Position numbers and translations under genes: made by a program. Source: an uncultured Candidatus Bathyarchaeia archaeon (GTDB lineage: Archaea; Thermoproteota; Bathyarchaeia; Bathyarchaeales; Bathyarchaeaceae). Taken from it: a stretch of 64,000 nt of DNA. Under the pieces are notes generated by a model. The model did no database searches. It was not told the DNA's origin and saw only the letters and a list, made by a program, of their open reading frames with translations. Where the stretch lies: the NCBI GenBank assembly GCA_964510635.1, contig CAZEBS010000001.1, positions 38,350 through 102,349 on the forward strand. Direction: 5' to 3'. Positions within the stretch are counted from its first letter, which is position 1. Each line of letters begins with the position of its first letter. Positions 46,339 to 56,579 of this stretch are shown here, one piece after another.

Positions 46339-47574
46339 TTGGCAGTTCTGGCTAAACTCAAAAACGAGTTCGCCTTCATCAGAGGCAACATCCTAATCAA
46401 CATAGTAACATTAGCCATAATCCTTGTCACAGCATCTATACCACACACGTATTACTCAAAGTATATTGAGGAGCTGGGAGGCACCCCATTTATCGTTGGA
46501 GTAATCGGCGCAGCCTCTTACGCAACTTTAGCACTGGTTCAAATTCCTGGAGGATACCTTGCAGACAAACATGGAAGAAGACGACTAACAATCATCATGA
46601 CTTTCGCGGTCTCGATAACCTACTTCCTCTTTGCCATCGCCCCTAGTTGGCAGTTTTTCTTGATAGCCGTCATACTACAAAATCTGTTTCTTGTGTACCA
46701 GCCAGCACTTCAAGCGCTCGTGGCGGATTCGACACCCCCCGAGAAAAGAGGGTTAGGGTTCTCCATCATCAACTTTCTGCACTACATCTCAGTTCCTTCA
46801 CCGATTATTGCAGGTATCTTAGCGGTTCAGTTTGGGCTACTCTCAGGGATGCGAATCGCTTACATAATCGTCACTGTAGCATTCCTTGTAGTTGCCATTT
46901 TGAGAACCAGATTCAAAGAAACTTTAAAAAAAGCTGCTGAAGGAAATCCCCTAACTGATGCGGTCAAAAGTTTTCCCAAGTCAATTACTGAAAGCATAAG
47001 GGCGTTGAAGACAGAGTCTCGTCCAATGTTGTTTCTTTTTGCAGGTTTCGCAATATACCACTTCGCATGGTTCATGTGTTCCCTTAACCTGATTTTCTAC
47101 GCAAGCGACATACTCAACATACAGGATTTAGAGTGGGCAGCTTTGATGACTTGGTTTTCGGTTGTGAACATGATTTCGGCTTTGCCTTGCGGCAAAATTA
47201 TTGACAGGTTCGGACGAAAAAAGCCTTTAACTGTGGCTTGGTTTCTTTTCATCCCCGGGCTGATTGGCTTCGTCTACGGAAACATCATAATCATCTTAAT
47301 TAGCTTCCTCTTTCTGGGCGTTGCGTTGATTCTGGCAAACACAGCATACCCAGCGTTAATGACAGATTTTGTAGCCCGCGATAAACGTGGAAAAATAATT
47401 GGCAGCACAAACTTCTTCTTCAATATTCTGAGTTCGCTGGGTCAGTTCTCGGGCGGCTTCATGTACGAATATGTGTCTCCTGCAGTTCCGTTTCTCCTAT
47501 CAGCGGCACTGTTTGTTCCTTGCTTGATTTTGACAGTTTTAAAGGTGCATGAGCCGACATACAGAGAAGTGTAG
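46339..47574 (+). CDS. MFS transporter
   Basis: 411 aa with ~12 TM helices. GGYLADKHGRRR and GKIIDRFGRKK loop motifs. Confidence 0.8.
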   Translation: MAVLAKLKNEFAFIRGNILINIVTLAIILVTASIPHTYYSKYIEELGGTPFIVGVIGAASYATLALVQIPGGYLADKHGRRRLTIIMTFAVSITYFLFAIAPSWQFFLIAVILQNLFLVYQPALQALVADSTPPEKRGLGFSIINFLHYISVPSPIIAGILAVQFGLLSGMRIAYIIVTVAFLVVAILRTRFKETLKKAAEGNPLTDAVKSFPKSITESIRALKTESRPMLFLFAGFAIYHFAWFMCSLNLIFYASDILNIQDLEWAALMTWFSVVNMISALPCGKIIDRFGRKKPLTVAWFLFIPGLIGFVYGNIIIILISFLFLGVALILANTAYPALMTDFVARDKRGKIIGSTNFFFNILSSLGQFSGGFMYEYVSPAVPFLLSAALFVPCLILTVLKVHEPTYREV

Positions 47575-47616
47575 ACGTTAGAAGAAACACAAATTATGCA
47601 GACGCAGGTTCACTTT

Positions 47617-48822
47617 TCAGTTCAAGTTCTCTAGTATTGCCTGCAGGTCTTCAAGTAAATGTTTAATGTGTGAAGCCTTGGTGTGGGGCATAACAACAAC
47701 TCGAAGGTACTCAGGAAAAAGTGAGATAGCCCAGCCACGTTTCTTCAGCTCCTGAAAAACCAGACTGATGTCATTTCTGTCCGATTTGATTCCAATAACA
47801 TTCATTGTGGGCGGGGTCACAATGTCTAAGCCATCGATCTGTTGAATTCCCTTAGCAAGCTTCCAAGTTAGCCCCAAGCAACGCTTAACAACAGTAGAAT
47901 ATCCTGCCCGTCCAAGATGCATCAACAACGCCCAAACAGCCACTGCAGAAGCCCCTGACCGTGTCCCCAACAAAGTAGACTCCTTCAAGTCTCCAGACAG
48001 ATACGGAACCTTCATGCTGATAGCCTCACTCATGGGCCAGTCCCTGAACAGTATTCCGCCTGCAGGAATAGGAGCCAAACCCATCTTATGCGGGTCAACA
48101 GTAATTGAACAGACGCTGGGCAAACTGAAATCAAAATCCAAAGCCTCATAGCCCAACTCCTTGAAAAACGGAAGAACAAAGCCCCCGAAGGCAGCATCTA
48201 CATGCAGATACAGGTTGTTTGCTGAGGCGACATCTGAAAGCTCACCTATGGGATCAACAACTCCCAAGCCGGTGCTGCCAGCCACACCAACAATCGCCAC
48301 AGTTTTTGATGTAATCGCCCTTTCGGCGGCTTTCACGTCCATCTGGAAGCGGCTGTTAAGTTTCACCTTGACTAGTTTCAGATTCAGCAGGTCAGATGCC
48401 TTGTCAAAGGAGTGATGAGCAGAAACAGGAACAATAACTTCGCCACGTTCCTTCTTGGCTAGATTCCTCGCTGTCCAGAGGGCGATGATGTTTGCTTCGG
48501 TTCCGCCAGAAACAATGCTTCCAGAAGCTTGGGAATTTGACAGCAGTGAACCCAGCATGCTTACTGTTTCTTGTTCCAGTTCCGCAGACGCTGGAAAAAG
48601 GCTTGGGTCACCCAGATTCTTCTCAAGATACTTTCGGTAGATTTGTTTAGCGAAGCTGTGAGGATTAGTGCACATGGAACACAGAATTTTGCCTGAATCG
48701 TAGGAAAAGTCTCTTTGCAGTTTCGTTTCAAGCTCTTTGATGATTGTGTTTTGGGGTAACCCCTTCTCTGGCAGCTCTTTTGTTCTTTGCGGGATTTCTG
48801 GAGACACGTTTCTCACTTTCAC
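47617..48822 (-). CDS. mfnA: PLP-dependent L-tyrosine/L-aspartate decarboxylase MfnA
   Basis: 401 aa. SITVDPHKMGLAPIPAGGILFRD carries the PLP lysine. Group II decarboxylase layout. Sits in an mfn gene context. Confidence 0.8.
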   Translation of the reverse strand: MKVRNVSPEIPQRTKELPEKGLPQNTIIKELETKLQRDFSYDSGKILCSMCTNPHSFAKQIYRKYLEKNLGDPSLFPASAELEQETVSMLGSLLSNSQASGSIVSGGTEANIIALWTARNLAKKERGEVIVPVSAHHSFDKASDLLNLKLVKVKLNSRFQMDVKAAERAITSKTVAIVGVAGSTGLGVVDPIGELSDVASANNLYLHVDAAFGGFVLPFFKELGYEALDFDFSLPSVCSITVDPHKMGLAPIPAGGILFRDWPMSEAISMKVPYLSGDLKESTLLGTRSGASAVAVWALLMHLGRAGYSTVVKRCLGLTWKLAKGIQQIDGLDIVTPPTMNVIGIKSDRNDISLVFQELKKRGWAISLFPEYLRVVVMPHTKASHIKHLLEDLQAILENLN

Positions 48823-48834
48823 ATCTTTTGACTG

Positions 48835-49569
48835 TTACAGGAAGCCTGCAGATTTCAGTTCATCAACTGCTAGCTTTCCGTTGTGAAGTATGGTGGCTAT
48901 TAGGGCGCCTGAAACTCCGAGTTTTCTCAGTTGCTCCAGTTCTCTGAGGCTACGTATTCCTCCTCCAACCAGAACCTCAACTCCAGTCTTCTCGATAATG
49001 GTCTTTAGGAGAGGCAGGTTGATTCCATGTTCGGTTCCCACTCGATCTAAATCCAAAAGAATAACCTGCTTGATGCCTACTTTTCCAAGTTCTTGTGCAA
49101 AGGAGACGGCATCCATCAGAGTGATAGCCTCTGAGGCACTCAGCACTTTTCCTTGTTTCAAGTCGATACTTACCACAATTTTGTCTTCGCCAAAAGCTTT
49201 GACGGCTTGACCCAAAAAATCCAAACTGGTTAGAGTCTCGGAGCCTACCACAATTTTTGGCACATCCACAGCCAGCACTTTTTCGGCTTTGGTAAGGTCG
49301 GTGATTCCCGCGTCAACCATTAAATCAAGACCCGTTTGTGCCACAATTTGCCTGTAGGTGTTGAAGTTGGCTGATTTTCCTGTTATTGCATCCAAGTCCG
49401 CCAAATACAGACTACTGAATCCCAGAGACTTGAAAGCGGAGGCAATGTCTAAGGGGCGATCCGCAGACCTGCATAATACACTTTTTAGGGGTTGATATCG
49501 CTTTCTTTCTCCCCGGATGCCATGGACTGCAGCACCATTTAAAACGTCAATGACTGGGATAACGTTCAT
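48835..49569 (-). CDS. HisA/HisF-family (beta/alpha)8 barrel protein of unknown role
   Basis: Start moved to the ATG at 49569. MNVIPVIDVLNGAAVHGIRGER, LYLADLDAI and GGGIRS phosphate-binding motifs. Confidence 0.65.
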   Translation of the reverse strand: MNVIPVIDVLNGAAVHGIRGERKRYQPLKSVLCRSADRPLDIASAFKSLGFSSLYLADLDAITGKSANFNTYRQIVAQTGLDLMVDAGITDLTKAEKVLAVDVPKIVVGSETLTSLDFLGQAVKAFGEDKIVVSIDLKQGKVLSASEAITLMDAVSFAQELGKVGIKQVILLDLDRVGTEHGINLPLLKTIIEKTGVEVLVGGGIRSLRELEQLRKLGVSGALIATILHNGKLAVDELKSAGFL

Positions 49570-49616
49570 TATTGGTTCCCACACAATATTCAAAGGAGAT
49601 ACTGTGAGGGTGAAGT

Positions 49617-50840
49617 TTGAATCTTTTGATAGTTGAGTATGTTTCCGGAGGCGGATACGCCAACCAGAAACTTTCAAGCAGCATCCTCAGCGAAGGCTAT
49701 GGCATGCTACGGAGCCTAATCTCAGACTGCAAAACAGCAGGACACAACGTCACAACCTTGCTGGATTCAAGACTCAAAGAGTTCAACCCACCCAACCAAG
49801 CAGACAAGATAATTTCGGTAGTGTCTCCCGCCGAATTGTCTGCGAAACTGAAAGAATATTCAAAGGTGACTGACGGCGTTTATGTTATTGCTCCAGAGTC
49901 AGGTCAAGTGCTGGAGAACCTTGTGCAATCCATAGAAGATTCTGGAGGAACATCCCTTAACTGCAGTGTTGACGCCATTAAACGGGTTTCGAACAAGATG
50001 ACAGCACACGAAGTACTAGAGAAAGGGAGATTGAAGGTTCCAGAAACGATTCTGCTGGATACCCATGAAAAAATCGACAACATCAAACGATTAATCAAGG
50101 AGCTGGGTTATCCGCTTGTCTTTAAGCCCCTAGACGGCGTTAGCAGTGGCGGCCTAAGTCTAGTTAAAGATGAAGATGCCATATCGGGGGCAGTCAAAAA
50201 AGTGGCACATGAGTCGACCAGCAAACAGTTTATTGCCCAAAAAATGATTATGGGAAAAGCAGCCAGCGTATGCGTCATTTCAACTGGAGATAAAGCAGTG
50301 GCTGCTACATTGAACAGACAGTTCGTTACTTTAGGGTCACCTGACGAAGAGTCAGGATACATGGGGGGTGTTGTTCCCTTCGATCACAGCAGGGAGAAAG
50401 AGGCTTTGAGGGCTGCAGAGAAGGCTGTTGAAGCAGTAGGGGGGTTGAAGGGTTATGTTGGCGTTGACATGATATTAACAGATGAGGAACTTGTTTTAAT
50501 GGAGGTTAACCCACGGCTCACAACATCCTATGTAGGCTTAAGGAGAGTTGCGAACTTCAATCCAGCAGAAACAATAATTGATGCTGCAACCAAACAGAAG
50601 CAGCCAAAAAACGTGCAACACAGAGGCTACAGCTTCTTCTCCAAAGTAAAGGTCCCTTTGCGCCGCCAGATATTCGCCGAAACGTACAGGTTAGGGGATG
50701 TTGTTTCGCCTCCTTTTCCGATTGAAGACAAAAAGGCTTACGCCCTCATCGCAGTAGCCTCAACTAGCCCTAAAGAGGCAGAAGCAGCGTTTTATCACAC
50801 CAAAAAAGGGCTTCTGAAGCTCTACAGCAGAGGTGATTGA
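49617..50840 (+). CDS. ATP-grasp ligase (candidate tyramine--L-glutamate ligase MfnD)
   Basis: 407 aa. ATP-grasp blocks (YPLVFKPLDGVSSGGLSLV, GYVGVDMIL...LMEVNPRLT). The assignment to MfnD rests on gene context only. Confidence 0.55.
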   Translation: MNLLIVEYVSGGGYANQKLSSSILSEGYGMLRSLISDCKTAGHNVTTLLDSRLKEFNPPNQADKIISVVSPAELSAKLKEYSKVTDGVYVIAPESGQVLENLVQSIEDSGGTSLNCSVDAIKRVSNKMTAHEVLEKGRLKVPETILLDTHEKIDNIKRLIKELGYPLVFKPLDGVSSGGLSLVKDEDAISGAVKKVAHESTSKQFIAQKMIMGKAASVCVISTGDKAVAATLNRQFVTLGSPDEESGYMGGVVPFDHSREKEALRAAEKAVEAVGGLKGYVGVDMILTDEELVLMEVNPRLTTSYVGLRRVANFNPAETIIDAATKQKQPKNVQHRGYSFFSKVKVPLRRQIFAETYRLGDVVSPPFPIEDKKAYALIAVASTSPKEAEAAFYHTKKGLLKLYSRGD

Positions 50841-51915
50841 TGTAGTGAAGGTTCTTGGTTTAGATATAGGAGGCGCCAACACCAAAGCCACATACATAAA
50901 AACTGATGATGACGTAGTGAATGAACAGAGAACAGCCTTAGAATATTTTCCCATATGGAAAGATGGAAAAGAGCAGCTTCCACAAGTTCTAGAGAAACTG
51001 AAACAAAAGGTGGCAGATTCAACTGCATTGGACGGCGTCGGCGTCACCATAACCGCTGAGTTGTCAGACGCATACATAACCAAAAAGGAGGGAATCAACC
51101 ACGTACTAGATTGGGTAACAGAAATTTTCGCTGATGTGCCAACCTTTGTTCTTGACGTAGAAGCAAAATTACTGACCGTCAAAGATGCGCGAATGGAACC
51201 GCTTAAGGTGGCTTCGGCAAACTGGGCTGCAACAGGCTGGATGATTTCGCAGCTAATCAAAAACTGTATCATCGTTGATGTTGGAAGCACCACAACAAGC
51301 ATTATTCCAGTGATTAACGGAAAAGTTGCAGCCGCGGGCAGAACTGACTTGGAAAAACTTCAGAACGGCGAACTTGTGTACTCTGGGTCTTTGCGAACAA
51401 ACATTGCCACAATCGTTAACGCCATCCCAGTTAAGGGAAGGATGACACGGGTTTCCTCAGAACTATTCGCTCAATCAGGTGACGTACACTTGCTTCTAAA
51501 CAATATAAGACATGAAGATTACACTGCTGAAACATGTGATGGGCGAGGAAAAACAAGAAGGGAGGCAACTGCTAGGCTAGCGCGGGTTGTTTGTGCTGAC
51601 ACTGATATGTTAAATGAACAGGAAATCATAGCTATGGCAAAGTTTGTTTATGACAGGCAGGTTGAGCATATTGCTGATGGCTTGAAGCAGGTCTACGAGA
51701 GAAAGAAACTTCTTCAAGAAGAAAAAGTGGTGGTTACGGGGCTTGGGAGAAACTTTTTGGCAAGAAAAGCTGCTGAGAAAGTGGGCATTAAGCAAATCAT
51801 TGACATGAAGGAGTTAGTAGGTGCTGAAGCATCGGTTGTGTCGCCCTCTGTTGGCGTGGCGCTTATGGTGGCAACGGGTTTGGAGGGAAAAACGGTAAAA
51901 TGGAAGCAGTCCTGA
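50833..51915 (+). CDS. hydantoinase-A/ASKHA-like H4MPT/methanofuran-pathway protein (candidate MfnF)
   Basis: 360 aa. VLGLDIGGANTKA and IIVDVGSTTTS are ASKHA phosphate motifs. GTG start overlapping the upstream stop. The assignment rests on context. Confidence 0.55.
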   Translation: MIDVVKVLGLDIGGANTKATYIKTDDDVVNEQRTALEYFPIWKDGKEQLPQVLEKLKQKVADSTALDGVGVTITAELSDAYITKKEGINHVLDWVTEIFADVPTFVLDVEAKLLTVKDARMEPLKVASANWAATGWMISQLIKNCIIVDVGSTTTSIIPVINGKVAAAGRTDLEKLQNGELVYSGSLRTNIATIVNAIPVKGRMTRVSSELFAQSGDVHLLLNNIRHEDYTAETCDGRGKTRREATARLARVVCADTDMLNEQEIIAMAKFVYDRQVEHIADGLKQVYERKKLLQEEKVVVTGLGRNFLARKAAEKVGIKQIIDMKELVGAEASVVSPSVGVALMVATGLEGKTVKWKQS

Positions 51916-52565
51916 AGGTTGGCGGAAGCCTAGCCGAAGACCCCACCAGTTTAACGAAGTTATGCCAAGAGTTAAGTGTTCTAGCAGAAGCATACAGAAT
52001 CTTGATTGTGCCTGGTGGAGGCGAATTCGCTGACACAGTAAGAAAGCTTGACAAGGTTTATGGCCTCTCAAACACTACTGCACACAAGATGGCAATATTA
52101 GCCATGGACCAATACGGCTTTTTTCTGTCAGACATCACCCCAAACTCCTACGTTTCTTACTCTCTAGAGGATGTCAACAACGCCGCAAAAGGAAAAATAC
52201 CGATTTTTTTGCCGTCACAGCACATGCTTCGTGAAGACCCTCTAGAGCATTCGTGGGACGTCACCTCGGACACAATAGCAGAATATATTGCTGGTTTACT
52301 AGATGCAAAGAAGCTGATTTTAGTCACTGATGTGGATGGAATCTTCTCCGAAGACCCGAAAAAAGGTCCAGACAACAAACTGATTCAGGAATTATCTGCT
52401 GAAGAATTGCAGGGCTGGAACAGAAGAACATGCGTTGACAAAACCTTACCGAAAACTCTTCTGCAATCAAACTTAGATTGCTACGTCGTTAACGGCAGAT
52501 ATCCCGAGAGAATTAGGCTGATTCTAGAAAACAAAAAAACAGTCTGTACACACATCACAGTTTAG
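51900..52565 (+). CDS. amino-acid-kinase-fold protein (candidate MfnE)
   Basis: 221 aa. LKVGGSL and IVPGGGEFAD motifs of the Asp/Glu/uridylate kinase fold. 16-nt overlap with the upstream gene. Confidence 0.55.
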   Translation: MEAVLKVGGSLAEDPTSLTKLCQELSVLAEAYRILIVPGGGEFADTVRKLDKVYGLSNTTAHKMAILAMDQYGFFLSDITPNSYVSYSLEDVNNAAKGKIPIFLPSQHMLREDPLEHSWDVTSDTIAEYIAGLLDAKKLILVTDVDGIFSEDPKKGPDNKLIQELSAEELQGWNRRTCVDKTLPKTLLQSNLDCYVVNGRYPERIRLILENKKTVCTHITV

Positions 52566-53301
52566 CAGCTTTCGACAAATTGCTGATTGCTTCGGCAAAG
52601 GCATTCACTTTTTCTTGTTCAAGTTTACCCGATACTCTGTCTTTTTTGGTGCAAACGGCTCCTCTAACTCCAATGATGTCCGCGCCTAAACGGTGTACGT
52701 GCGGAATGTCTGTTGTGCCTAGAGAGCCTGCAAGGGCAGCCAACAGATTATGGTCGTGAGCTTTGTCAACAAGTTCTTTCAACTCTTCGTCGGCTAGAAA
52801 ACTGAAGAGATTACTCTGTCCATTTTTTATTTTGACGTCCACGAGCACGCCATCAGCTCCCGCTTTATGGGCAACCATGGGAAGTTCCAGAGGATTCACG
52901 CAGCCAACCGTTCTGAAGTCGGCGTAGCCAGAAGCGATTGTCTTCAAACCACTGTCGTAATCTTTTATTGCTCGGACAACTTCGGTCATCAACGTCGTTG
53001 CTTCTTCAATAGTTTTTACGCCAAAAAGCCCAACTTTCACGTAGTCAACTCCAGAAACGGCGGCGCCCAAGGCTGCAAGAGATGCGGTTCCAGGAAGATT
53101 CGGTAAATCGCCGATTGTTGCGCTTAATTCAAGATTTTTTGGCATAACCTCTCTGACTTCTTTGATTACTCTGGGAAAGTTGGCGCCCAAGGAGCCTTCC
53201 TTCGGGTTTTTGACGTCGAGGATATCTGCTCCTCCCTTTATGCTGTCAAGGGCTTCTGTTTTGTTTACGACGCTGACTAGAAGCTTCAAGATTTCACCCA
53301 T
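52555..53301 (-). CDS. mfnB: (5-formylfuran-3-yl)methyl phosphate synthase MfnB (DUF556 family)
   Basis: 248 aa. LLVSVVNKTEALDSIKGGADILDVKNPKEGSLGANFPRVIKEVRE closely matches the MfnB N-terminus as I remember it. Confidence 0.8.
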   Translation of the reverse strand: MGEILKLLVSVVNKTEALDSIKGGADILDVKNPKEGSLGANFPRVIKEVREVMPKNLELSATIGDLPNLPGTASLAALGAAVSGVDYVKVGLFGVKTIEEATTLMTEVVRAIKDYDSGLKTIASGYADFRTVGCVNPLELPMVAHKAGADGVLVDVKIKNGQSNLFSFLADEELKELVDKAHDHNLLAALAGSLGTTDIPHVHRLGADIIGVRGAVCTKKDRVSGKLEQEKVNAFAEAISNLSKAAKL

Positions 53302-53430
53302 TCGAGTTTCATCTCACATCATTAACTCTTATATGTTTTGAGCTTCTGACAAATTAATAGTGAACAGAGCATTCACAGCTGAAGATGTCATTAGGAGAAT
53401 GATAAGTTGAGACCTGAACACAACAACAAG

Positions 53431-53970
53431 ATGAAAGTAGCCACCCTTGGCGGCGGATGTTTCTGGTGTATAGAAGCCGCCTTCCAAGAGATAAGAGGCG
53501 TCGTCAACGTTGAATCAGGCTACGCTGGCGGAACAACAGCTTCGCCAACCTATGAGCAGGTTTGTACAGGAACCACAGGACACGCAGAAGTTGTTCAAGT
53601 CACATTCGACCCAAACACCATATCCTTCAAGGAGATTCTGGAGATCTTTTTCACTGTCCATGACCCAACAACACTAAACAGGCAAGGAGCCGACGTGGGC
53701 ACCCAATATAGATCAGTCATATTCTACCATAACGAAAGACAGAAAAAAATCGCTGAACAGATTATTGAAAAATTTGACGCTGCAAAAGTCTGGGATGACC
53801 GTATAGTAACAACAGTTGAACCGTTAAAGAAATTCTACAAAGCAGAAGACTACCACAGAAAATACTTTGATCGCCATCCTGAAGCCGCCTACTGCAAAAT
53901 AGTTATCGCCCCCAAAATCGCCAAGCTACGAAACGAGTATCGTGAAAAACTAAAGAAACCTAGTGTCTAG
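53431..53970 (+). CDS. msrA: peptide methionine (S)-sulfoxide reductase MsrA
   Basis: GGGCFWC active site and GHAEVVQVTFDP. Start moved to the ATG at 53431. Confidence 0.9.
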   Translation: MKVATLGGGCFWCIEAAFQEIRGVVNVESGYAGGTTASPTYEQVCTGTTGHAEVVQVTFDPNTISFKEILEIFFTVHDPTTLNRQGADVGTQYRSVIFYHNERQKKIAEQIIEKFDAAKVWDDRIVTTVEPLKKFYKAEDYHRKYFDRHPEAAYCKIVIAPKIAKLRNEYREKLKKPSV

Positions 53971-53984
53971 TGTCCTTCCAACAT

Positions 53985-55565
53985 CTAGTCTCTTTGAAAA
54001 AACGTGACCACTCGTTCTATCAGAGACAACGGTAGGATAAATAGGGGCGCGAGAGGTCCAAGTCCACACACAATTTCTTGGAAAGTGCGTATGTCAGCCT
54101 TGTTTATGGCACCCAACACCGGAGTCGCAACTAAATATGTTGCCAGAAAGAGTACAGCCCCGACGATTAGATTCATCCAACTAGGTAGGCTCAGTTGCAA
54201 TGTTACCACATAGGTGACTGTTGCTGCGAGGATGGAGGCGAACAGAATCTTGGCTGATGAAACCCAGTTGATTGTTGCACTATAGTTTTTCTTTATCCAC
54301 CAAAGGGCTATAATCAAACTGGGGATTCCCGACACAATATTTGTTGCAAGAAAACCTAGTATCCCAAAAGTTGGGATTAAAACTACATTCAAGACTAGGG
54401 CCATCGCCGATGAGAGGAGAGCGAGTTTCATGTTGACATCAGTCTTTCCTTGGCTCTTTATGATGTTTTCAATGCTCAGATAGCCAAAAGCCGTGTAAAC
54501 AAAGGTAACAACATATAATGCCAGATAGAGGGGCGTATGTGAATATTTTGCACCGAAAATTGTGGATACCCCTGGTTGAGACAGAGCCATAACCATGAAA
54601 GCTACTGGCACAATGAGAAGGGAAGCATACTTCACTGAAAACTGGAAAACATTCCCTAGTGTCTCCCGTTCCTTTTGTGGGTCAAGCTTGGAGAAAGCGG
54701 GCAACAACACCGTAAGTATGGGCATAACAAAAAAGGTGACAATGGACCCAAAATTCAATGCAACTTGAAAGTTGCCAATGAACACATCTGAACAGTAATT
54801 AGCCAAAAGAACGTTATAAAATTGCGTTAGAAAGCCGCCAACAATAGCAGAGATTGATAGGGGCAACCCATACCTTAACAATGTTTTGATAGTTGAAAAG
54901 ATTTCCAGTTTATCGAGATACTGCCTCTTTAGAGGCTTGTATATGGTCACATAAACCAGTATCAGGCTGATTACTCCAGCAATCAAATACGCTACTGTTG
55001 TTCCGACAACTGCCCCAAAGGTTCCGAACCCTAAAACGGCTAGGGTAATCATGAACCCAGCCTTGAGAGTGGACAAAACGATTGAGGTTACGCTATGGTA
55101 TTCCATTTTTTCATGACCAGTGAAGGAGGCTTGAGTGGCTTTCATTATAGCCTCTGCAAAAATGGTGAATGATGCTATCTGGATTAGAGGCACAATGTTA
55201 GGGCGGTCTAGTGCCGTTGCCATGTAACCTGAAACAAAAAAAGAAAAGATTGACAAAACAAAGCCCATCAGAATCTCGAAGACCACCACAGAAGCTACAA
55301 CATTCTTCACGTTTGCTTCTTTGTTTTCTGACCTGTATTGTGCGGTATACTTTATTGTTGCCCAGTCTACACCCCAGTCTCTGAATATTCCAATGAGGTT
55401 GGGGCCAGTCAAGGCGATTGCAACTAGGCCATAATCGCCTTCAGAAAGAATTCCTGCAACAACCATTACGCTTACGGCAGATATGATGGAGGAGACCACC
55501 AGACCCCAGAAAATGTTGAATACGCCCTTAGCTGAAACCTGAGCCATACTTTTTGCTTTACTCAC
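53985..55565 (-). CDS. MOP-superfamily oligosaccharide/polysaccharide flippase (Wzx-like)
   Basis: 526 aa with ~14 TM helices and the typical polysaccharide-biosynthesis-protein layout. Confidence 0.7.
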   Translation of the reverse strand: MSKAKSMAQVSAKGVFNIFWGLVVSSIISAVSVMVVAGILSEGDYGLVAIALTGPNLIGIFRDWGVDWATIKYTAQYRSENKEANVKNVVASVVVFEILMGFVLSIFSFFVSGYMATALDRPNIVPLIQIASFTIFAEAIMKATQASFTGHEKMEYHSVTSIVLSTLKAGFMITLAVLGFGTFGAVVGTTVAYLIAGVISLILVYVTIYKPLKRQYLDKLEIFSTIKTLLRYGLPLSISAIVGGFLTQFYNVLLANYCSDVFIGNFQVALNFGSIVTFFVMPILTVLLPAFSKLDPQKERETLGNVFQFSVKYASLLIVPVAFMVMALSQPGVSTIFGAKYSHTPLYLALYVVTFVYTAFGYLSIENIIKSQGKTDVNMKLALLSSAMALVLNVVLIPTFGILGFLATNIVSGIPSLIIALWWIKKNYSATINWVSSAKILFASILAATVTYVVTLQLSLPSWMNLIVGAVLFLATYLVATPVLGAINKADIRTFQEIVCGLGPLAPLFILPLSLIERVVTFFQRD

Positions 55566-55665
55566 CGAAACACGTTCTCCTAAACGAATTTTTACAAATA
55601 TGTAAACACATTAATAAATCAGGTATCTAAAAACAAGGCATACTGAACATGTCTTTTCTTGGAAG

Positions 55666-56016
55666 ATGAAAAACAACATGAGTTCACCAAAATCCTGCAA
55701 ACTAATCGCCTACTTCACCATAGCCCCTGTGGGAACAGAATCAACAAGCATAGGAAGCTGTGTAGCAGCGGCAATAAATGCATTAGACAAAGTGAAAGGT
55801 TTGAGCTACGAAATCACCCCCATGGGAACAATAATGGAAGCAGACAGCCTAGAATCCATCTTTGAGGCAGTGAAAGCTGCCCACGAAGCCCTCACGACCA
55901 AGGGCATACTTCGAGTTGAGTCAACCCTGATAATAGACGACAGAAAAGACAAGCCACGAACGATGAAGGATAAACTTAACTCGGTTAAAAAGCACATGAA
56001 ACAATTTCGAGTGTAG
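55666..56016 (+). CDS. MTH1187/YkoF (DUF77) family thiamine-binding-like protein
   Basis: 116 aa. IAYFTIAPVGTESTSIG...YEITPMGTIMEA matches the family pattern. Confidence 0.7.
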   Translation: MKNNMSSPKSCKLIAYFTIAPVGTESTSIGSCVAAAINALDKVKGLSYEITPMGTIMEADSLESIFEAVKAAHEALTTKGILRVESTLIIDDRKDKPRTMKDKLNSVKKHMKQFRV

Positions 56017-56059
56017 CGCACACACAATCGATGGGCTTGAATGGAACTAAGTTTAGATA

Positions 56060-56320
56060 CTACATTTCAAGCGCGGGAAAACCGGTTAAACGTATTCGGC
56101 AACCACAGTTGTTGCACTGAATCACCAGTTCTTCCAAAGCATCGTTGTTAACTTTCTCCTCCACAATGATGTAAACATCTTCTGACTCATCCTCAGGAGA
56201 AATGGTGATCCCGCATTTTGGGCACGGAAAATCTCCGTTTCCATCGATTTTGGTCAAATCGAGTTCGTTTATTGGTCCCCGCTTTGCATGTTTCTCGTTT
56301 TTTGCAGCTACTTCAGCCAA
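56060..56320 (-). CDS. small zinc-ribbon protein (paralog of 10228-10449)
   Basis: 86 aa. CPKC...CNNC. About 60 aligned residues shared with the 10.2-kb copy. Confidence 0.7.
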   Translation of the reverse strand: MAEVAAKNEKHAKRGPINELDLTKIDGNGDFPCPKCGITISPEDESEDVYIIVEEKVNNDALEELVIQCNNCGCRIRLTGFPALEM

Positions 56321-56579
56321 TTCTGGTTCCTCACAGAGTAGATGAAATGAAACAGGTATTACTAGCTTATTAACATGTAGGAATACACTCGTATATCCCT
56401 AATAGCACATCCATTTCTTCTGATTGACCCAACTTTTTAAAGCACAAATAGAAAAAATAGCCAACAGAGCCTCGCCAGTAAACAGTTTTCTGTCACTCAG
56501 AACAAGAAGGAATTATTCAGCAGTGCAACACACAATCTTGGCGGCTTTTCATACCTTAATTTGTTGGGAGGCGATATGA

